Shown here piece by piece: positions 7,929 through 18,717 of a DNA stretch of 40,001 nt (position 1 is the stretch's first letter; every line of letters begins with the position of its first letter). Source of the stretch: Candidatus Micrarchaeota archaeon (GTDB lineage: Archaea > Micrarchaeota > Micrarchaeia > Micrarchaeales > Micrarchaeaceae). Position numbers and translations under genes: made by a program. The stretch is taken from positions 1 through 40,001 of the forward strand of contig DAHXNT010000001.1 in the NCBI GenBank assembly GCA_027365215.1, given 5' to 3'. A model generated the notes under the pieces. That model had not been told where the DNA came from, ran no database searches, and was given only the letters and a program-made list of their open reading frames with translations.

Positions 7929-8447
7929 ATGAACTTTGCAGTTTTCGTCCCTCCGAGGGAATTCAAGGACGAGTCGCTCTCGATGGTACGGCTGTTCCTG
8001 GACAAGTGGGGCGTGCAGTACAAGATAGCCAGCTATGGCAACAGGGACTGCACGGGATACCACGGATCTACATGCAAGAGGGACGTTGACGCCCTGAAGA
8101 TAAGCCCGTCGGACTATGACGGCATTATAATAGTCGACGGCGTAGGCATAGACTCGACCAAGCTCTACGAATTCAGGCCGCTCCTCGACACCGTGATGCT
8201 GTTCAGCAGCTCTGGAAAGAGGATAATTGCGTTCGGAAACGCGGTGAAGGTACTTGCAAGGGCCAATGTCATAAAGAACATTAGGATAGCGGCCAGGGAT
8301 GCTGATGCAAAAAGGCTTGTGCTTCTGTTCCACGGCGTTCCGACAGATGGGCCGATTGAGATATCTAATAGCACCATAACGATAGACAGCCAGGCAGGCA
8401 TGGAAGACTCTATGAAGAAGATGCTCGGCAGCATGGGAATTATATGA
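7929..8447 (+). CDS. DJ-1/PfpI family protein lacking the catalytic Cys
   Basis: FKDE, DYDGIIIVDGVG, GKRIIAFGNAVKVLARA match the DJ-1 fold pattern. Confidence 0.75.
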   Translation: MNFAVFVPPREFKDESLSMVRLFLDKWGVQYKIASYGNRDCTGYHGSTCKRDVDALKISPSDYDGIIIVDGVGIDSTKLYEFRPLLDTVMLFSSSGKRIIAFGNAVKVLARANVIKNIRIAARDADAKRLVLLFHGVPTDGPIEISNSTITIDSQAGMEDSMKKMLGSMGII

Positions 8448-8749
8448 AGTCTCAGCGCGACAAGGCCCTTTTCAGGAAGATTGCGGGAGAAAGGGTGGTG
8501 ATTCTTGATTCCCTGTCGCTCAGGTTCTCAGGAAGCGACCCTGCGCTCTCCAAGTACTATACAAGGCTGATGCAGCGCATAGCGGAGCATTACAAGGTGG
8601 ATATGCCTAAGCATGAAGTGCCTGTATGCAAGAGATGCCATTCGCGCATGGTGCCAGGGATCAGCGCAGAAGTTAGGCTGAGCAGCAGTAATAGGTATGT
8701 TGTATACACATGCAGCTCGTGCGGGTACGAGAAGCACCTGCATTACTGA
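8444..8749 (+). CDS. rnp4: RNase P protein component 4 (Rpp21)
   Basis: IAGERVVIL, CKRC...PG...CSSCG zinc ribbon; ATGA-type overlap with the upstream gene. Confidence 0.88.
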   Translation: MKSQRDKALFRKIAGERVVILDSLSLRFSGSDPALSKYYTRLMQRIAEHYKVDMPKHEVPVCKRCHSRMVPGISAEVRLSSSNRYVVYTCSSCGYEKHLHY

Positions 8750-9183
8750 TGATGCTGGCCGGCCTTCCTCTTTCCAAGCAGTTCCTTCAGCTCTATCCTG
8801 TCTTCTTTCGTTATAGCTATGTTGCTGCCGAAACCGAACGATTTTCGCTTGTTGTTGTATCTCGGTATTACGTGCACGTGGAAGTGCATGACCGCCTGCC
8901 CTGCGACCTTCCCTATGTTTGTCGATATGTTTGCTCCGTCGGCTCCGAGGCGCTCTTTCTCCAGTATGGCGAACTTCTTCGCGATCTTGAACATGTGGCA
9001 TACGACCTCGTCGGGCGCCTTAAGCATGTTCAAATAGTGCTTTTTCGGTATCACAAGAAGGTGCCCGTAATCCACAGGGTACAGATCGAGCAGCACAACG
9101 CACTTGTCATCTTCGTAGAGCAGGTCGGCCTCATTCTTCTTCTTAGGGTTATTTCCCAGCTCGCAGAACACACAGTTTTTCAT
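8743..9183 (-). CDS. HIT family nucleotide hydrolase
   Basis: CVFC, GHLLVIPKKH, AGQAVMHFHVHVIPR histidine triad. Confidence 0.94.
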   Translation of the reverse strand: MKNCVFCELGNNPKKKNEADLLYEDDKCVVLLDLYPVDYGHLLVIPKKHYLNMLKAPDEVVCHMFKIAKKFAILEKERLGADGANISTNIGKVAGQAVMHFHVHVIPRYNNKRKSFGFGSNIAITKEDRIELKELLGKRKAGQHHQ

Positions 9184-9249
9184 TCGCACCACGCGCCAGA
9201 CTACAGATTTGTCTATTGTTGCGGAACAAATAAAAAGGTTGTTTGGTAA

Positions 9250-10911
<1,662 letters not shown>

Positions 10912-10934
10912 TTTTCAGAATTGGTATTGGTATT

Positions 10935-11009
10935 TGGGCTTGGAGAGATTTGGACTCTCGACCTATGGCTTATAAGACCATCGCTCTAACCAGGCTGAGC
11001 TACAAGCCC
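10935..11009 (-). tRNA. tRNA-Ile(UAU)
   Basis: GGGCTTG/CAAGCCC acceptor, A73, GCTC/GAGC D stem, anticodon loop CT-TAT-AA, T-loop TCCAAAT. Confidence 0.93.
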
Positions 11010-11073
11010 ATGCAAAGTATTTTGTCAAAATATCATTTAAAGCTTCTGGACAGTGGAATCTGCCGTGAGCGCC

Positions 11074-14000
11074 TCACGGCATAGTGTAATTGTTGTGCAC
11101 GTATGACGGCTTCGCAGGCACTGATGGAAGCCCTCCAGTATAGTTGTTTAGCGCGTATATCCTTATTGCGGATGAGCTGTTCACGTAGTTAATGCCTGCA
11201 GATGTCGAGTTCGACGGATATACCAGATGGAAGCCAGGAAGGTTCCCAAGGTAGAAGCCGTCATAGTAGTTCGACGCATAGAACTGCGACGGCGCATCGG
11301 TTATGGTGCCGTTAGCCGCGTTTGGCGTGTATATCACCAGGAACTGCACGAAGGTCGTGTTGCCAACGCCAATGCTACCAAGGTACTGCGAAGATTGTAT
11401 GTATGCGTTCATACGGGTGCCGTTGGCGTAATACATGGGCAGAGCGCCGTTCGAGTTGGCTATGGTGCCGACGCATGCGGTCTCGTTTGACAGTGACTGC
11501 CCGGTGAGCAGGAAGGCCTTGATGAACCCTTCAGAGGCGTTGGCTCCAGGGAGTGAGCAGTAGTTTGCGAGGTTCTGCGAGCCTGCCGATGAGACGAATG
11601 CGGACAATGGCAGGAGCGCGAACTGCGGATCGTGGCTGAGCTCGCATGGCGACGTGCCAAGGACATACGGCGCGCTGACGCCTTCGGACCTTGCCGCTGC
11701 CTTTGCATATGCCTCTGAAGTGGCGTTTATGTTGACGCATGCGAGGAAGTCCAGGGCCTGCCACTTGCTGACCAGCCCCTTATCGAACAGCACGTACTTA
11801 GTCTGGTTGGAATTCATGATGCTTGCGAGCGTATTGGAGGTGTAGTTGTACTGCGGGCCGAGAACGAAGCTCGCGGCCGTCGAATAGTCGGCCTTTGGCA
11901 CCGCGTTGTCACCCCTAAGCACCGCGTTGGTGTTGCCGAACCAGTTGATCCAGTCCCCGTAGTCCCACCACGCCAGTATCCTTGGCGCGTACGGCCCTAG
12001 GTTGGTGCGCATCCATGCAGTAGCTGCGAGCCAGTATGAGGGGACTGTATTGCAGCTCATCTCGTACGCAAGGGAATTGCCTGCTGCTGCAATGGAGCTG
12101 CATGTGCTAGTGGCCGCGCCGAACGAGGCTATGAGGTTGCTGCTCTCCCCGAATATGAATGAGCCGTGCACTACGACCGCACCCACCTCTATGAGTACGA
12201 AAAGCGCGAAGAGGCCCCACAGGTACTGCCTGTTGGTGATCTCCTTCTTCATGAACACAAGGTAAAGCAGTATTATGAACGCGAGTATCGTTGATATGAA
12301 GAATACACCGACGACTAGCAGCAGTATGAGGTATATGCCGTTCTCGGAATATATGCCGGGAATGTAGAGCGCCTTCCTCGCCTCGCCCTTCTTGAAGAGG
12401 CCGAGCTGGAAGCGGTGTGATGCCATATAGGCTATCTCGCCGATCATTATGGCAAACAGCATTATGAACGCCGTACCGAAGTGCGGCAGGTACTTCACCT
12501 CAACGAATCCTGCCACCATTAGCGGTATGGCTATGGCGAGGTAGAGGACGCCGGTCTGGCTCCTCCTGTAGAATATGCTTATCAGTATGAGGATGAACGA
12601 GGCAGCTGATATGAACCAGACGAGCAATGGTATTCCGGCTATGCTCGCACCTATCAGGCCAAAGCCGCTGGATCCGAAGTTGAACAGCGCGCCAGTGGGC
12701 TCGTACTGGGCAACAGTCATGAACAGTGCGCTGGACGGGCTCGTGAACTTCTGGCTAAGCGCTATGTAGCCCTTAACGGGCTTGCCGAGAGGCGTAAGGA
12801 ATATGGCAGCGGACGTGAGTATAGCGAGCACCACAAGCCATTCGGCATACGCCTTCCAATTGACTTCCTTGAACAGGATGTGGCGCTCGTGCAGGAATTT
12901 AGGCACGTACTGGAATATCGCAACGAGCACTAGCGCGAGCAACGGGCCTGACACAGTTATCGGTATTCCGAGTATGCTGGGTATGCGGCCTGTGAGGGTG
13001 GCGCCATATGGGTGATAAAGCACCAGGAAAACCGCTATTACTGCTATCACTATTACGTTCATCTTGTAGAAGTCCTTCGTGAGGTTGCCCCTGAAGACAT
13101 CTATTATCCCCTCCGCGAGTATGTATATGACCAGTACGCCGGTGTCTACCGTGTAGTAGTGCGCTCCGAGGAACGTAGATGCGAACGCTATGCCTGCAAA
13201 TATGGCGAGCCTGGTACTCTTCATGTTCCTTATCGCCATCATGTACGCGGCGAAGAAGAAGAACAGTGAGAATATTCCCCACGGCTCGAGGAGCTGCTCC
13301 CCTGCTATGAACGTAGTTATGAGTATCGGCATCGACGCGACCAGCCCGGCGGCGATCAGCGCTATCTTGTGGTCGTACTCATGGTAGATGAGCATGAATA
13401 TAGTGAACACCAGCAGGGCGGCCATTATCGGCGGATAGAAGCTGCTCGCGTAACTCATCAGCGACGTGCTAAACGCGCTAAGGTGCGGTCCGAGATAGTT
13501 TGCCAGGTCGTACCAGTATGCTTCGAGATACGGCACTAGCGGCTGCAGGCGGTGGTTGGTTCCAGCCGCTACAGTAGGCCATGCTGACGGGTCGAGCAGA
13601 AGCTGATGCCCGTACGTCAATATGTAATGCGTGGAAATCATATCGAAATACGGGTCGAACTCGAAGAAGTTCGGCGCGGTGCTTATGTTAGCGATGCGCG
13701 ACGCGAACGTGGCTATCATTATGAAGAACAGCAGCCACCAGACCCATGACGGGGTATTCTTGACTAGGCTGCCGCTGTGCGCTGGTTCAGGCGCCGCCTT
13801 CTTTGTCGACACCTTTTCCGCTATGAAATTCTTTATGTCGGTAAGCACGCCGTACTTGTAGCACAGGACAAGCCCTATCAACGTCAGGACGAGCGCGTTC
13901 GCCTCGAAAAGCCCCAGAGAGAAGGAGAATGCGTGCACGTAGCTTATCAGGTATGACTCGAGCCACGTCAGGGTTGCAGGTGCGATCAGGCCGAATATGA

Positions 14001-14124
14001 ATCCTATTGTGAGCTTCTCGAACTTTGTTAACGGCGTGTTCTTCAGCAGCGCTAGCGACAATAGGGTTCCAGGTACGAACAGGGTTAGGAACGCAACTAT
14101 TATGGTTTCTATTATGAATCCCAT
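11074..14124 (-). CDS. aglB: oligosaccharyltransferase AglB (STT3 family)
   Basis: EFDPYF, multi-TM region, WWDYG, DKGLVSKW (DK-type) motifs. Confidence 0.92.
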   Translation of the reverse strand: MGFIIETIIVAFLTLFVPGTLLSLALLKNTPLTKFEKLTIGFIFGLIAPATLTWLESYLISYVHAFSFSLGLFEANALVLTLIGLVLCYKYGVLTDIKNFIAEKVSTKKAAPEPAHSGSLVKNTPSWVWWLLFFIMIATFASRIANISTAPNFFEFDPYFDMISTHYILTYGHQLLLDPSAWPTVAAGTNHRLQPLVPYLEAYWYDLANYLGPHLSAFSTSLMSYASSFYPPIMAALLVFTIFMLIYHEYDHKIALIAAGLVASMPILITTFIAGEQLLEPWGIFSLFFFFAAYMMAIRNMKSTRLAIFAGIAFASTFLGAHYYTVDTGVLVIYILAEGIIDVFRGNLTKDFYKMNVIVIAVIAVFLVLYHPYGATLTGRIPSILGIPITVSGPLLALVLVAIFQYVPKFLHERHILFKEVNWKAYAEWLVVLAILTSAAIFLTPLGKPVKGYIALSQKFTSPSSALFMTVAQYEPTGALFNFGSSGFGLIGASIAGIPLLVWFISAASFILILISIFYRRSQTGVLYLAIAIPLMVAGFVEVKYLPHFGTAFIMLFAIMIGEIAYMASHRFQLGLFKKGEARKALYIPGIYSENGIYLILLLVVGVFFISTILAFIILLYLVFMKKEITNRQYLWGLFALFVLIEVGAVVVHGSFIFGESSNLIASFGAATSTCSSIAAAGNSLAYEMSCNTVPSYWLAATAWMRTNLGPYAPRILAWWDYGDWINWFGNTNAVLRGDNAVPKADYSTAASFVLGPQYNYTSNTLASIMNSNQTKYVLFDKGLVSKWQALDFLACVNINATSEAYAKAAARSEGVSAPYVLGTSPCELSHDPQFALLPLSAFVSSAGSQNLANYCSLPGANASEGFIKAFLLTGQSLSNETACVGTIANSNGALPMYYANGTRMNAYIQSSQYLGSIGVGNTTFVQFLVIYTPNAANGTITDAPSQFYASNYYDGFYLGNLPGFHLVYPSNSTSAGINYVNSSSAIRIYALNNYTGGLPSVPAKPSYVHNNYTMP

Positions 14125-14176
14125 TCCACCACACAGAGTTTCATGCGCGCATCGCTTGCGCGGTTATAAATTGACA

Positions 14177-14800
14177 TCAATATGTCATTATGGCTTTCGG
14201 TATACTGAGGTTCTTGACGTCCTTGTCAGGGAACACTGTACCCGGGGGCACGATCCTTACCTGAATGCCTATTGCACCGTATTTAGGATATGCTGCGGTG
14301 ATTGCCTCCCTGACGAGCTCCGTGACGTTGCCGGCCTTCGGCATATAGCCTACGCTCTTTATTATTGACCTTGACCTTGCCTTCTTTGCGACCAGCTTGC
14401 CGCCTATCCTTATCTCTGCGCCGAGAGCGCCGCTCTCTATTATGCTCCTGAGGGTGGACTGCAGGATCCTTCTCGGGTTTATGCCGCGCTCGAGCTTCTC
14501 GGATATCATCTTCGACACGAGAAGGGGCTCCAGCATGCGGTTCTCCACTTCTACCACGCTTATCTGCGGGTTTTCTATGCCGAATCTCTTCTTTATCGAG
14601 TCGGTAAGCGCATCAATGGTCTTGCCTCCACGGCCGATGACCCTGCCCGGATTGAGCACGTAAAGCGTTATTCTTGTTATCATAGGGGTCTTCTGTATGT
14701 CGACTCTTGAGAATCCAGCCCTGGACAGCTCTGTGCTCAGGTACTTGGATATGTTCATCTTTATGACCGAATCCTCTATGAAGCTCTTTTCTATCGTCAA
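14177..14800 (-). CDS. rps3: 30S ribosomal protein S3 (uS3)
   Basis: KH domain PGRVIGRGG, GALGAEIRIGGK; TTG start. Confidence 0.97.
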   Translation of the reverse strand: MTIEKSFIEDSVIKMNISKYLSTELSRAGFSRVDIQKTPMITRITLYVLNPGRVIGRGGKTIDALTDSIKKRFGIENPQISVVEVENRMLEPLLVSKMISEKLERGINPRRILQSTLRSIIESGALGAEIRIGGKLVAKKARSRSIIKSVGYMPKAGNVTELVREAITAAYPKYGAIGIQVRIVPPGTVFPDKDVKNLSIPKAIMTY

Positions 14801-15547
14801 TCAAACACCATTCTTTGAAGCGTCTTCCGCGTTCTTGGCCTCTGCTGCCTGCCTGGCCGCATTCGCCTGCGGCTTCTCCTCTTTCGCCTTATCGTTAGCG
14901 CTCGCTTTTGCAGGCTGCTTCTGCGCCTCGGCCTTCTTTTCCGCCTTTGCCGCATCCTTCTTCTTCGGCTGTGCCATCTTCGTCTTCGCGCTCTTTGAAA
15001 CCTTGTCGACGTACCTCTGGGAGCTCTTTATCGCGGATTTCATGTTCTCGCTGAGTCCTGGCTCCGTTCCCTTTGCAAGGCCTATCTCTATCCTTGCGTG
15101 CTCGAGATTGCTCATCCTGGAGCTCTGGAAGCCCATAGTGTGGTTGCCCGGAACCGAACGCGGCCCTTTCGGCGGCATACGGCCCCATGTCTGCGTCTTG
15201 TTTGCAGATGCATGCACCACGTACATCAGGTCTGGCTCATAATCCTTGTTCCTCGCGTTTGCAGCGGCGTTCACTACGACCTTCCTCACGAGCTCGGAGC
15301 ACTTCACCGGCCATCTGCCCTTCCTGCCGCCCAGCTCGTGCCTGTGGCCCATACCTTTGTTGTGCCTCTTGAACTCTATGGCCCTGGTGCCTGCTGCCGC
15401 GCCGTCCAGTATGTCTACCGCTTCAAGGTAGCTCTTGTACCTTATCGCGGCGCATACCGCTGAGAGGTCCTTGAAGCTTGCGTTGACATCCTTCAGGCTC
15501 GCGAATATTATGCCTTCGGTGTCCCTGTTGAAAGAATACTTGGTCAT
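14801..15547 (-). CDS. rpl22: 50S ribosomal protein L22 (uL22) with Lys/Ala-rich C-terminal tail
   Basis: GRWPVK, NAAANA, HARIEI; ATG 15547 overlaps the rps19 stop (TGATG). Confidence 0.95.
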   Translation of the reverse strand: MTKYSFNRDTEGIIFASLKDVNASFKDLSAVCAAIRYKSYLEAVDILDGAAAGTRAIEFKRHNKGMGHRHELGGRKGRWPVKCSELVRKVVVNAAANARNKDYEPDLMYVVHASANKTQTWGRMPPKGPRSVPGNHTMGFQSSRMSNLEHARIEIGLAKGTEPGLSENMKSAIKSSQRYVDKVSKSAKTKMAQPKKKDAAKAEKKAEAQKQPAKASANDKAKEEKPQANAARQAAEAKNAEDASKNGV

Positions 15548-15957
15548 CACTTCACCGATAGGAACTTGCTTCCACGCGTTGCCTTTATTCCAGGAGCGGA
15601 GTGCTGCACGCGCTTTGTCGAGTATGCGAACTCGCCGAGCTTGTGGCCGAGCATGTTGGCTATTATGTCCATAGGGACGAACTGCTTGCCGTTGTACACC
15701 TCGAAGCGCATGCCCACCCATGACGGGAGTATCACGGCCTCGCGGCAGTGCGTCTTTATCGGCTTGGTGGAATTCTTGCCCTTGAGCTTGTTTACCTTCT
15801 CGACAAGGTTCCTGTACTCCAGCGCGTTCCTCTTGATGCTCCTCCTTATGTGGGAGTTCACGAGACTTTTGAATTCGTCATCCGTGATGCCTGATATGCT
15901 AGAGGCTGTCCTGCCCTTGAACGCGACCTTTTCCTTCTTCTCTATGATTTCTACCAT
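15547..15957 (-). CDS. rps19: 30S ribosomal protein S19 (uS19)
   Basis: KTHCREAVILP, VYNGK, MLGHKLGEF, ATRGSKF. Confidence 0.97.
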   Translation of the reverse strand: MVEIIEKKEKVAFKGRTASSISGITDDEFKSLVNSHIRRSIKRNALEYRNLVEKVNKLKGKNSTKPIKTHCREAVILPSWVGMRFEVYNGKQFVPMDIIANMLGHKLGEFAYSTKRVQHSAPGIKATRGSKFLSVK

Positions 15958-15961
15958 GCGA

Positions 15962-16675
15962 TCATCCCTTCTTCTTCCTGCCTACGCGACTTGCGGCTAT
16001 GTGGCCGACCTTCCTTCCGGGTGGTGCGTTCCTTGAGGTCATGCTGCTCTTTCCCTTGTGGTGCTGCTTCCCTCCGAATGGGTGCTCTGACGGCTGCATC
16101 TTCACGCCGCGGAGCCTTGGCCAGTACCTGTTGAGCGCGTGTTTAATGTAATGGTTCTTGCCGGCCTTCATTATCGGGGCTTCGTTCATGCCGCCGCCCG
16201 CAACCACGCCCAGCTGCGCCCTGTGGTCGTTCTCTATGGTTACCTTCTGCTTTGACCTCAGTTGCACTATGCTGTTGGTATCGGAATGGGCGAGTATGCT
16301 TGCCGATGCGCCAGCGGCCTTGGTGAGCTTGCCGCCGTCCCCGACTATCGACTCGATGTTGTATACAGGAGTTCCTTCGGCTATGTCACCGATCCTCATG
16401 ACGCTCCCGAGAGAGTATTTCGTCGAATTGATGTAAATCTTGTCCCCTATCTTTATGCCTTCCGGCGCTATCAGGTAGCCGTCAGACATGTCCTCGTAGA
16501 GTATGTGCATGAGCGGGGCCGTATGCCCGGTGTGGTTGATCAGGCCGATGACCTCGCCGGTGAGCTTGGATTGCCTGTCAGGTGAATAGCTGGTGCTGAT
16601 GTCGTACGTTCCGGGCAGCTTCGTATAGGCGTTGGAATTCTTGCCCCTTCTCTGCATTCTGAGTTTCTTTCCCAT
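15962..16675 (-). CDS. rpl2: 50S ribosomal protein L2 (uL2)
   Basis: MGKKLRMQRRGK, WPRLRGVKM, HPFGG, PPGRKVGHIAA. Confidence 0.97.
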   Translation of the reverse strand: MGKKLRMQRRGKNSNAYTKLPGTYDISTSYSPDRQSKLTGEVIGLINHTGHTAPLMHILYEDMSDGYLIAPEGIKIGDKIYINSTKYSLGSVMRIGDIAEGTPVYNIESIVGDGGKLTKAAGASASILAHSDTNSIVQLRSKQKVTIENDHRAQLGVVAGGGMNEAPIMKAGKNHYIKHALNRYWPRLRGVKMQPSEHPFGGKQHHKGKSSMTSRNAPPGRKVGHIAASRVGRKKKG

Positions 16676-16678
16676 CAG

Positions 16679-16930
16679 TCACACCAACTTCAGCTTAACA
16701 GCTACGTCGCTGGCCTTATATCCAGTAGCTAGCTTTATGAACGTCTTCTTTGTGTTTTTCTGGGTGCTCAGCGACCTTATCGAGTGCACCTTTACCGCGA
16801 ATGTCGACTCGAACTCCTTCCTTATCTGGCCCTTGGTGGCCCTCGAGTCAGTTATGTAGGTTATCACGTTGAGCCTGTCTATCATTCCGACAGCCTTTTC
16901 CGTGGAGACAGGGTGTATCAGTATTGCCAT
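16679..16930 (-). CDS. rpl23: 50S ribosomal protein L23 (uL23)
   Basis: PVSTEKA, KKTFIKL; position in the operon. Confidence 0.95.
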   Translation of the reverse strand: MAILIHPVSTEKAVGMIDRLNVITYITDSRATKGQIRKEFESTFAVKVHSIRSLSTQKNTKKTFIKLATGYKASDVAVKLKLV

Positions 16931-16934
16931 GCAA

Positions 16935-17738
16935 TCATCTCAGCGACCACTTCTTGGAGCTCTCGTTCAGTGCAGATATCGCGCTCTCGCTCCATACGGT
17001 TATCCTTCCAGGATTGCCTCCAGGGGCGAGCAGCCCGGCCTTTATGTCTGCCGCGGTGCACACGTCCACGCCTGGAAGGTTCCTTGCGGACCTCTCTGCC
17101 GCTTTGCCCTTCGAACCGAGCACCAGGAGGACGGATTTCTTGTACTTCCTCTTGCTGGAGCCGCGCTTTGACTTCGCCACGCTCCTCTTGGAATCATGGC
17201 TCTCCGATATGTATTTCTCGAGGCCTATGCCCTTCAGCGCTGCGCTGAATTCCTTCGCCTTGGATATGGACTCGATCTCGTCAGACACTATTATTGGCAG
17301 CCTTGACTTCTCTATGAACTTTGTGTCAACATAATCAGAAGCCGTGGCAGCTATGGCGCTCATTATGGCCTTCTGGTATTCGCGCTTGTTCATCTGCTCC
17401 GTGAGGTTCTTCTCGACGAGGTGCGGGTGCGCCCTCTTTCCCTTTGTTGATGATGGTATCCTCCTTACCTTGCCCTGCCTGCCGCCTCCGAGCTGCTCCC
17501 TGGGCCTCGCGGCTCTGCCTACGTGCCTGCCCGAACGCCATGTCATCATCCTTCCGTGGTACGCGGCTGACGTCTGCATTCCAGCCAGCAGGTAATGGCC
17601 TTGCGGCTGTGTATTTCGCGTGCTCTCTGCGAGAACTGCGCGCATTATTATGTCTGGCCTGACCACCTCCGAGAATGCCTTTGGCAGGTCTATCTGCCCT
17701 TTGGTCTTCCCGTCGATCGACATTATGCTAGCATTCAT
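16935..17738 (-). CDS. rpl4: 50S ribosomal protein L4 (uL4)
   Basis: VRPDII, KGKRAHP, RNLPGVD, LAPGGNPGRITVWSE. Confidence 0.97.
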   Translation of the reverse strand: MNASIMSIDGKTKGQIDLPKAFSEVVRPDIIMRAVLAESTRNTQPQGHYLLAGMQTSAAYHGRMMTWRSGRHVGRAARPREQLGGGRQGKVRRIPSSTKGKRAHPHLVEKNLTEQMNKREYQKAIMSAIAATASDYVDTKFIEKSRLPIIVSDEIESISKAKEFSAALKGIGLEKYISESHDSKRSVAKSKRGSSKRKYKKSVLLVLGSKGKAAERSARNLPGVDVCTAADIKAGLLAPGGNPGRITVWSESAISALNESSKKWSLR

Positions 17739-17742
17739 ATGA

Positions 17743-18717
17743 TCACGATGCTGAGGTTGAAGTTGATATAGTGTTTATCTTCGGCTCCTTTATGCCGCTC
17801 ACGTTCCTGTCCCTGATCGATTTCCTTACCCTTACCATCCCTTTTGCAGGACCAGGCACTGAGCCCTTGATCAGTATATAGCTGTTCCTCACGTTGCCGT
17901 AGTTGGTGAACCCGGATTTCGGATTTATAGACGCCGCGTCTGTGGCAGCGCCAAGCCTGAGTATCCTCTTGTCCTGCTCTATCCTGTAGTTGAATCCCAT
18001 CTGTCCAGCCATCGGCACGGTAAAGTATACCCTGCCGGGCCTCATAGGGCCAAGGGATCCGACGTGCCTCCTCTTCTGCGAAACCTTCCTTCCCTGTATC
18101 TTGACGCCGTGGCGCTTGACTGCTCCCTGCCAGCCCTTTCCCTTGCTTATGGATGCGACGTCAACGTACTCGCCGGGCTTGAACACATCAGATACCGAAA
18201 ACTCCTTTCCGAGAGATGATGTCGCGGAGTTGAACTTCTCTTCTGATGTAGAGCCTGCGACTGATGATTCGAACCTTATGATATGATGCTGGCCTGTGCT
18301 CGCGCCCTTGGGCTCCGCTGCTAGAAGGAGCTTTACATCGGAAAACTCAGAGATTTTCGATTTGATGTCTTCTGGTTTTGTCGCGGATTTCTTCGGTATC
18401 TTCAGCCTTTTCGTGACGGTGTCGTCGTATATTTCCGCTGCCGCCTTCTTGTATTTGGTCGACGGGTCTATCCTGTAAAGCCTTATGCCGTACGCCACCG
18501 TCTTTGGCATCTCCAGCACCGTGCACGGCGTGCTCACTTCCATGCCCTTTGACGGGCCGTCAGAGTCGTCGCTCATCATCACATGCAGCATACCTGCCTT
18601 GAACGTGACTATGTTGGCTGCAGGTCCCTCGGAAAGCTTCGGCTCGGACCTTAGCCTTGGTAGCCGCCTGGATGCTCTCCTATGCGGCCAGTATTGTAGT
18701 GATCCACGATGGGGCAT
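17743..18717 (-). CDS. rpl3: 50S ribosomal protein L3 (uL3)
   Basis: RGSLQYWP, FKAGM, KGKGWQGAVKR, AGQMG, KGSVPGP. Confidence 0.97.
   Translation of the reverse strand: MPHRGSLQYWPHRRASRRLPRLRSEPKLSEGPAANIVTFKAGMLHVMMSDDSDGPSKGMEVSTPCTVLEMPKTVAYGIRLYRIDPSTKYKKAAAEIYDDTVTKRLKIPKKSATKPEDIKSKISEFSDVKLLLAAEPKGASTGQHHIIRFESSVAGSTSEEKFNSATSSLGKEFSVSDVFKPGEYVDVASISKGKGWQGAVKRHGVKIQGRKVSQKRRHVGSLGPMRPGRVYFTVPMAGQMGFNYRIEQDKRILRLGAATDAASINPKSGFTNYGNVRNSYILIKGSVPGPAKGMVRVRKSIRDRNVSGIKEPKINTISTSTSAS

Noticed and set aside
15548..15721. ORF-track N-terminal extension of rpl22 to 306 aa
   Set aside because: Overlaps rps19 out of frame; the real start is the ATG at 15547 coupled to the rps19 stop.
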